A stretch of 20,000 nucleotides of DNA from the IMG/VR virus record IMGVR_UViG_3300032293_002036; one strand, given 5' to 3'. Every line of letters begins with the position of its first letter. Position 1 is the first letter of the stretch. A program made the position numbers and the translations under genes. The notes under the pieces are model-generated. The model was not told where the DNA came from. It made no database searches and worked only from the letters and a program-made list of their open reading frames with translations. Origin of the DNA: an uncultured virus (IMG/VR IMGVR_UViG_3300032293_002036) (Duplodnaviria; Heunggongvirae; Uroviricota; Caudoviricetes). Shown here in pieces: positions 15,237 to 20,000 of the stretch.

Positions 15237-15474
15237 GAGGAGAAAGGCGAAGGCCTCCCCATATAAAGGCCTCGAGCGCCTTTCGAGAAGGAGCGATCAG
15301 GACCGGTGATCGATCACCCCCATTTCAGGCACTGATTAGCGCGTTAGCTTATCGGAGCCCGATTCGGCGCAGAATGACAAGCCAGGCTAATCAGTGGAGC
15401 GGCAAGGCGCGATCCCGTAGCGCGGACAGGCTGAGTCTTGCGAGTCTCGCAACAATTGTTCACAATGAGGCTCA

Positions 15475-15635
15475 GCGCATAGAGTCTCCATGCGCCTATG
15501 CGCTTGCAAGCATAAAAGCGCTGTTCGCCTATGCGTCCACACGCATACAGTCTCGATGCTTCCATGCGCCTATGCGCATACAGTCCCTATGCGCACACGC
15601 GCATACAGGCTCAATGCGCCTATGCGCATATAGAC
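15475..15635. repeat. Degenerate short-repeat array (CCTATGCG / GCATACAG)
   Basis: CCTATGCG occurs five times and ATGCGCCTATGCGC three times, interspersed with GCATA(C/G/T)AG. Non-coding. Confidence 0.8.
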
Positions 15636-15641
15636 ATGGGC

Positions 15642-15671
15642 AGTACATTTGTACTATAGTACGCCTGTACT
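15642..15671. promoter_or_regulatory. Two tandem AGTAC-N4-GTACT palindromes (cyanobacterial LexA-box-like)
   Basis: AGTACATTTGTACT (15642-15655) and AGTACGCCTGTACT (15658-15671) both fit RGTACNNNDGTWCB. Four GTAC units at an 8-bp period. Confidence 0.6.
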
Positions 15672-15690
15672 AATGAAAATGATTCTCATT
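15672..15690. promoter_or_regulatory. 9-1-9 palindrome, Fur-box-like
   Basis: AATGAAAAT-G-ATTCTCATT, one mismatch from perfect symmetry. Confidence 0.35.
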
Positions 15691-15753
15691 TTTACTGCAA
15701 GTGCTTCTCAACAGCAATAAGACTGTAGACGCATACAGCCTTAATACCGCCGG

Positions 15754-15893
15754 AGCCGGACCCGAACTCTTCCAAAACAATCTGTTTTCCAGCCGGGTCT
15801 TAAACAAGTTGTTTTCCAGCCGGATCCGACCCCCCCCGCGAAACAAGCTACTTTTCAGCCGGATCCAGAACAATACTTTTTTCGCCCGGGTCT
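15754..15893 (+). repeat. Iteron-like direct repeats AACAA-N3-5-TTTTC(C)AGCCGGRTC
   Basis: CCGG cores at about 15756, 15793, 15820, 15859 and 15886. The last four are preceded by AACAA and a T-tract. Confidence 0.75.
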
Positions 15894-15935
15894 TGATTAT
15901 TTGCTTCATATTTCCAGTCAAGCAAGGACCAGTTA

Positions 15936-16190
15936 TCACCACCCCCAGTCGCCTTCCATGGGAGCCCACTGTAGCTGCTGCTCTTCAAGCCATGCCATAA
16001 GCGCTTCGTCGTCGCTTGGCCATTCCCCAGGCTCCACTGGCACCATTGTTTCGCACAGGGTCTCTCCTAGCTCCTCCGGGGCATGTCTGGAAGCTTTGCG
16101 CACCACCACTGCGTCTTCCACCATTGCCCACACTTGGAGGCTGCCTGTAGAGGAATCGTAAGCCCAACTATCAACGGAGAGAATGCTCAC
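15936..16190 (-). CDS. Small acidic hypothetical protein
   Basis: 84 aa, GTG start, natural composition. Confidence 0.65.
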   Translation of the reverse strand: MSILSVDSWAYDSSTGSLQVWAMVEDAVVVRKASRHAPEELGETLCETMVPVEPGEWPSDDEALMAWLEEQQLQWAPMEGDWGW

Positions 16191-16224
16191 GAGAAGTCTC
16201 CAGAGTGGTAGTCCCTGCCCATTG

Positions 16225-16530
16225 TCAAACCCTCTTGAAATTAGAAAGATAGATGTTCCATAAGCCAGCAGGGATGTCTCCTGGCCGATATAGCGTATAG
16301 CAAGATTTCCCCCTCACCATCCTGCCTTCCCCATTGTCGAAAGGCTCTGCTTCGTCCACCCAAATTCCTTTGCATTCGCCATCAGGATCAAACAAGCCAA
16401 TTTGATACTCGCAATCCTCCATGCACTTACGAGTGTGAAAGAGCATGTCTCTCAGGCCAGCGGCTTGATACACGTCCTTCGTGGGCGCGAAATAAGGCCC
16501 GTTTCCGGTGTAACTACGAACAGTGAACAT
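16225..16530 (-). CDS. Hypothetical protein
   Basis: 101 aa from ATG 16530 (MFTVRSYTGNG...) after a pyrimidine-rich leader. Confidence 0.7.
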   Translation of the reverse strand: MFTVRSYTGNGPYFAPTKDVYQAAGLRDMLFHTRKCMEDCEYQIGLFDPDGECKGIWVDEAEPFDNGEGRMVRGKSCYTLYRPGDIPAGLWNIYLSNFKRV

Positions 16531-16596
16531 GGTCGAAGAGGGGAAACTATGGGAAAACAAAGCAAGAGGCCCCTGGGGAGGGGCCTGTGACAAGGC

Positions 16597-16977
16597 CTAG
16601 CAAAAGTCGGTGCGCCCATTGGAGTAGGCGAACCATTCCCGCTTGCTGGTGCTGCTGGGCTTGGAATGGACCTTCCACACTTCCGGCAGTTCTTCCGTTT
16701 CGATAAGGGTGCCAGCGGGCACGCGGATCGGGCCGTTCAGGGTGGAGATGGTCCACTGATCCATCACGGGGCCATTCAGGTACCAAGTTTGGCACACGTG
16801 CAGGAGGCCGATCATTTCCATCTTGCGAGGGTTGGCAGCGCCCATGCGTACCTGGATCGGGAAAGGCTGGTGCCAGTCGGGCAGGGTGACGGTCATGCGG
16901 ATGGTGTTGAGGCCATCGAAGACGGTGTAGGAGTCTGCGGTGGTGAGCTGCTCGACAGTGTGGTTGATGCGGGTCAT
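16597..16977 (-). CDS. Hypothetical protein
   Basis: 126 aa from ATG 16977 (MTRINHT...), just downstream of a promoter cassette. Confidence 0.7.
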   Translation of the reverse strand: MTRINHTVEQLTTADSYTVFDGLNTIRMTVTLPDWHQPFPIQVRMGAANPRKMEMIGLLHVCQTWYLNGPVMDQWTISTLNGPIRVPAGTLIETEELPEVWKVHSKPSSTSKREWFAYSNGRTDFC

Positions 16978-16997
16978 CGCTGGAAGTGAGTGGTGGA

Positions 16998-17046
16998 CCT
17001 CGCGGCCCGTTGAAAGAACAATAAGATCAAACGGGGCAGGCGTCAA
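16998..17046 (-). promoter_or_regulatory. Sigma70-type promoter with 28-bp duplicated leader (copy A1)
   Basis: TTGACG-17 nt-TATTGT. 16998-17025 is identical to 17397-17424. Confidence 0.7.
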
Positions 17047-17055
17047 GCCCTTCAG

Positions 17056-17376
17056 TCAGAAGGCGGTGGGAACGGGGCGCAAACCAGTGAAGCGCTGAAA
17101 AGCAGCAAGGGCTTCAGACGAATTGCCACCAATGCTCCAGGAGTGCTCACCAGTGGGAGTGGCAGTCTCTTTCCAGTCGTAAACAGTGAAGCTTTCCCCA
17201 TTGTTCAGCTCAAAGCACCAAGAGACAGTCACCTTGTCGCCATTGCGCTCATGAGGCTCACCCAGGAGCACGCAGAGAGCCTGATAGGTGGTGCGGACAG
17301 TGCCCTGGAGAGAGGTGCCACCGCCGTGGCCCTTGCCGAGCACTGCGAGGGCGGGGAGGTTGGAAACGATGGTCAT
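17056..17376 (-). CDS. Conserved hypothetical phage protein (GTSLQG...LGEP...DKV...FTVYDWK)
   Basis: 106 aa ORF with its own promoter cassette. Confidence 0.75.
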   Translation of the reverse strand: MTIVSNLPALAVLGKGHGGGTSLQGTVRTTYQALCVLLGEPHERNGDKVTVSWCFELNNGESFTVYDWKETATPTGEHSWSIGGNSSEALAAFQRFTGLRPVPTAF

Positions 17377-17396
17377 GGGAGGGAAGGGGGAGAGGG

Positions 17397-17445
17397 CCTC
17401 GCGGCCCGTTGAAAGAACAATAAGCCAGAAAGGGGCCGTTGCCAG
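17397..17445 (-). promoter_or_regulatory. Promoter/leader cassette (copy A2)
   Basis: CTGGCA-17 nt-TATTGT. 28-bp identity with copy A1. Confidence 0.6.
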
Positions 17446-17475
17446 CCCCTCCCATTGATGATCTTCCCTTATGGC

Positions 17476-18486
17476 TCAGGCGGCCAAGGCCAGAGCGTGG
17501 GCCTTGGTGATGGTGGCAGCCCCAGTGCCCCACCATTGGCTCTCCAGGCGGCGACGTGCAGCCTCCACACCGTCACCACGGCCTGCTTCGTGCGTCACCC
17601 ATTCCGTGATGGCGTTGTAGGCGCCCCAGTAGGTGCCTTGCACGCCTTTGATGTCGAAACCAATGCCGTCACCAGCAAATTTGTTTGCGACGGTGTCCCA
17701 TTGGGGCAGATCGCCAAGCGTTCTGGCCCGAGCAGAGGTCTTGTCACCACGCTTGTCATTGACAGTGCCGGCCAGTTGATCAGCAAACACCTGTTCGCAA
17801 TAGGCCTTGAATTGGGCTGTGGTGCAAGGCTTGGCGGCCATTGCTTCCAGCTCCTCCAAGCCGGCAGTGAACTGCTGGCGCTTGATGTCGATGATCTCAG
17901 GGAGACGCCCAATCAGGGCGTTGCAGTTGAGCGTGTGGCGAATGCTGATGCGCTTGCCCTTGCTGGAAGCGCCAGTGCGATCGGCATGGCCAAGAGCAGC
18001 GCTGAGCGTGTTGGCACACACCACGCGCACCGGGGTGAAGAGAGTTTGGAAGGCGAGGGAGCCGTCGTGGCTGGTGGCGCCAACGATGTACTGGCAGATT
18101 TCGTCACCCTTGACCACTTCACCTTCCGCCCCATTGATCTTGGCCGTGAAAGTTACCTTGCGACCTTCATCAAGCACGCACACCGCGCTCATCTCGGCGT
18201 CTTCGTGCAACGCCTCTGCCAGCTTGATGAGCTGTTCATTCTGGACAATGGTGTAGGAAGCTTTCTGCACGCTCAGCACAGAGCCATTGTCGCCCCTGGT
18301 GATGGCTTGATAACCTTCAATGGGGAGGCCAGCAGGGTCGAAGATAGGCGTGGAGAGCACCTCCCAGTCGGCTTCGCCCAAGGCAAAAGCTTCACGGGCG
18401 GGCATGGTGCCATCAACAACGTGGCCGAGGCCGTGCCAAGCAGCTTGGCCGTGGAAGAAGGCGCCGGAGGAGAACTGGTGGCTCAT
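17476..18486 (-). CDS. DUF932 family phage/plasmid protein
   Basis: 'AWHGLG', 'ADWEV', 'YTIVQN', 'TSHDGS', 'TPVRVVCANTL', 'IRHT' and 'GTYWGAYNAITEW' motifs. Confidence 0.88.
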   Translation of the reverse strand: MSHQFSSGAFFHGQAAWHGLGHVVDGTMPAREAFALGEADWEVLSTPIFDPAGLPIEGYQAITRGDNGSVLSVQKASYTIVQNEQLIKLAEALHEDAEMSAVCVLDEGRKVTFTAKINGAEGEVVKGDEICQYIVGATSHDGSLAFQTLFTPVRVVCANTLSAALGHADRTGASSKGKRISIRHTLNCNALIGRLPEIIDIKRQQFTAGLEELEAMAAKPCTTAQFKAYCEQVFADQLAGTVNDKRGDKTSARARTLGDLPQWDTVANKFAGDGIGFDIKGVQGTYWGAYNAITEWVTHEAGRGDGVEAARRRLESQWWGTGAATITKAHALALAA

Positions 18487-18591
18487 GGTTTTGAAGAGAA
18501 GGGAGCGAGGTCGAGTCGCTTGAAAAGAAAGTTAGATGGTGGAGGGGCCAAAAGGCAAGCCCCTCGGTCTTGACGTTACGTTCTGAAACAA

Positions 18592-18852
18592 TCAGCGCAA
18601 CTGCGAGCAAATGCCTTCAAGCATTTCCTCTACGTAGGTCTGAGCCTCGCGGAGCTTTCTGAAAGCAGCATCGCGCTCTGAGCGGGCCTGAGAGTAGGCG
18701 TCTGCGCCCTGTGGGTAGAAGTCCCTTGCGTTGAGCGTTGCACCTGCAAGGGCCTCAATGGCATTGTCGATGGCTTCGTAGGCACCGAGGTACTCACGCT
18801 TCAGGCTGGAGCCGGAGGTGCCGTTGAGGTGGACAGTGGGGATGGTTGCCAT
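18592..18852 (-). CDS. Hypothetical protein (PTVHLNGTS...NARDFYPQG)
   Basis: 86 aa with its own promoter/leader cassette. Confidence 0.75.
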   Translation of the reverse strand: MATIPTVHLNGTSGSSLKREYLGAYEAIDNAIEALAGATLNARDFYPQGADAYSQARSERDAAFRKLREAQTYVEEMLEGICSQLR

Positions 18853-18865
18853 GGGGAAAGAGAAG

Positions 18866-18897
18866 GGGCATCGCTGCCGGACAAGGAAAACAATACA
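18866..18897 (-). repeat. 32-bp duplicated promoter/leader cassette (copy B1)
   Basis: Identical to 19292-19323. Contains the -10-like TATTGT. Confidence 0.8.
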
Positions 18898-18934
18898 TCA
18901 CGGAGGGGTCAAAGCCCCTCTCGGTTACAAGGCT

Positions 18935-19276
18935 TCACACTCGCACGATGCCATCTTCGACAAAGCGAAATCGCTGCCATTCGGCATTGCGAGCGTAGCC
19001 ACGAGCCTCAAACTCGTGACCAACCTTTCCAGTCACCTGGATTGAGGCGGCGGTGCCTCTTTTGTTGGAGGCTATGACCTCCCGGATGGGTTCATGTCCT
19101 GGCACGCGCCGGTAATGGCTCTGATGGGCCTTTGCGCTGTGGCTGGCGACGGGACTCGCCACCTTGAAGACAGCCACATTCCCGGTCACGTAGCCAATCT
19201 CACCAGCGATGCGCACCGGCTTTGCATCCGCTCGCACTTGAATGGCGGGCACTCCAGGCACTTGAAAGATGATCAT
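18935..19276 (-). CDS. Hypothetical protein
   Basis: 113 aa from ATG 19276 (MIIFQVPGV...), downstream of cassette B2. Confidence 0.65.
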   Translation of the reverse strand: MIIFQVPGVPAIQVRADAKPVRIAGEIGYVTGNVAVFKVASPVASHSAKAHQSHYRRVPGHEPIREVIASNKRGTAASIQVTGKVGHEFEARGYARNAEWQRFRFVEDGIVRV

Positions 19277-19291
19277 GACTCCGAAGGGAAA

Positions 19292-19323
19292 GGGCATCGC
19301 TGCCGGACAAGGAAAACAATACA
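19292..19323 (-). repeat. 32-bp duplicated promoter/leader cassette (copy B2)
   Basis: Identical to 18866-18897. Confidence 0.8.
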
Positions 19324-19375
19324 GCATCGAGGGGCTCCGTTGCCCCTAAATGATGACTATTTTTTATCACCGCAA

Positions 19376-19765
19376 TCAAGCACGCCAATCACCGAGGTCA
19401 TTAGCGGCAACGTCCACCAGTCGCTCGACAGACTTCGCGCCCAGGCAAGCAAGCTGGATAGCAAAACGCATCTCGTCCTCTCCGTAGCCATCAACAATAA
19501 GCCGAAGGTATTGGCAAAGTTTTTTTATCGAATCATCAATCTCTGCTTCTTCGTAAATCCAGAGAAGATGGAGTCCTCGGGTGAATTCGACAAAGGCCCT
19601 AAGAAGCGATGATTTGCTGGTGAGCATGCAGGCATCCGGGGGAAGCTTTGCGTAGATAACAGAAGGATGAAAACGCAGCGGACGATCGTCTTCGTCGCAT
19701 GGCCACAATCCAGTGGAAATAGATTCAAGCGACAAAAGATCGGGAGAGGCAAAGATGGTGCTCAT
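19376..19765 (-). CDS. Hypothetical protein
   Basis: 129 aa from ATG 19765 (MSTIFASPDLL...). Confidence 0.6.
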   Translation of the reverse strand: MSTIFASPDLLSLESISTGLWPCDEDDRPLRFHPSVIYAKLPPDACMLTSKSSLLRAFVEFTRGLHLLWIYEEAEIDDSIKKLCQYLRLIVDGYGEDEMRFAIQLACLGAKSVERLVDVAANDLGDWRA

Positions 19766-19830
19766 GAGATAATCCAAAAAACGAATGACATGGATAACGA
19801 AAAGGCTTTGACCATTATGAAGCTTTGCAA

Positions 19831-20000
19831 TCAAAGCTTGGGGACCCAAGGCGGCTGAGCCTGGCCCTCGACAATGGCAAAGCGTCGTTGCTTCATCAGC
19901 ACAGCAAGGCTTTTGGCTTGACGCTCAAGGGCGTTGCGGTCTGGGCCTGAATCAAGCTTGTGCCATTGAGCAAAGTCCTTGGGAAGAGGCTCGCTCACCC
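19831..20000 (-). CDS. Hypothetical protein, probably 5'-truncated by the window edge
   Basis: Open frame ...VSEPLPKDFAQWHKLDSGPDRNALERQAK...PPWVPKL*, stop at 19831-19833. Confidence 0.45.
   Translation of the reverse strand, partial: VSEPLPKDFAQWHKLDSGPDRNALERQAKSLAVLMKQRRFAIVEGQAQPPWVPKL

Noticed and set aside
13390..15310. Low-complexity artefact or synthetic polylinker DNA
   Set aside because: It encodes an intact 371-aa protein with family motifs and coupled neighbouring ORFs, in the same orientation and leader style as nearby phage genes.
15642..15671. NtcA binding site
   Set aside because: Spacing is GTA-N6-TAC, not the GTA-N8-TAC required for NtcA.
15475..15893. CRISPR array
   Set aside because: Repeats are short and degenerate with irregular, very short spacers. 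No constant repeat/unique spacer pattern and no cas genes.
17455..18573. 372-aa plus-strand ORF (likewise 936-1841, 7154-7807 and 4599-5105)
   Set aside because: Antisense shadows of well-supported genes, with no motifs.

Overview
A 20 kb segment of a tailed dsDNA phage genome, most likely a cyanophage. The host inference rests on a 'Cyano SP'-type class I ribonucleotide reductase, a manA-like RNA, cyanobacterial LexA-type boxes and SD-less pyrimidine-rich leaders. Left to right: (1) a head module on the minus strand (Mu F-like protein, DUF1073-type portal with a fused C-terminal domain); (2) a divergent plus-strand unit (PD-(D/E)XK-like protein, GIY-YIG/NUMOD3 homing endonuclease, terminase large subunit); (3) a metallophosphoesterase preceded by a ~660 nt promoter-driven cluster of structured RNAs ending in a tRNA-like element with two T-loops; (4) nrdA/nrdB, with an HNH-AP2 endonuclease gene separating the functional nrdA from an abandoned, frameshifted copy of its 5' end; (5) a three-repeat protein and a second HNH; (6) a ~1.9 kb three-gene island from which GT/AC dinucleotides are almost purged, apparently at the cost of amino-acid changes, bracketed by GTAC-N4-GTAC palindromes and repeat-rich non-coding DNA (candidate genome end or first-injected region); (7) small early-type genes (including DUF932) with duplicated promoter/leader cassettes. 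Family names come from motif recognition by eye; no database searches were run.
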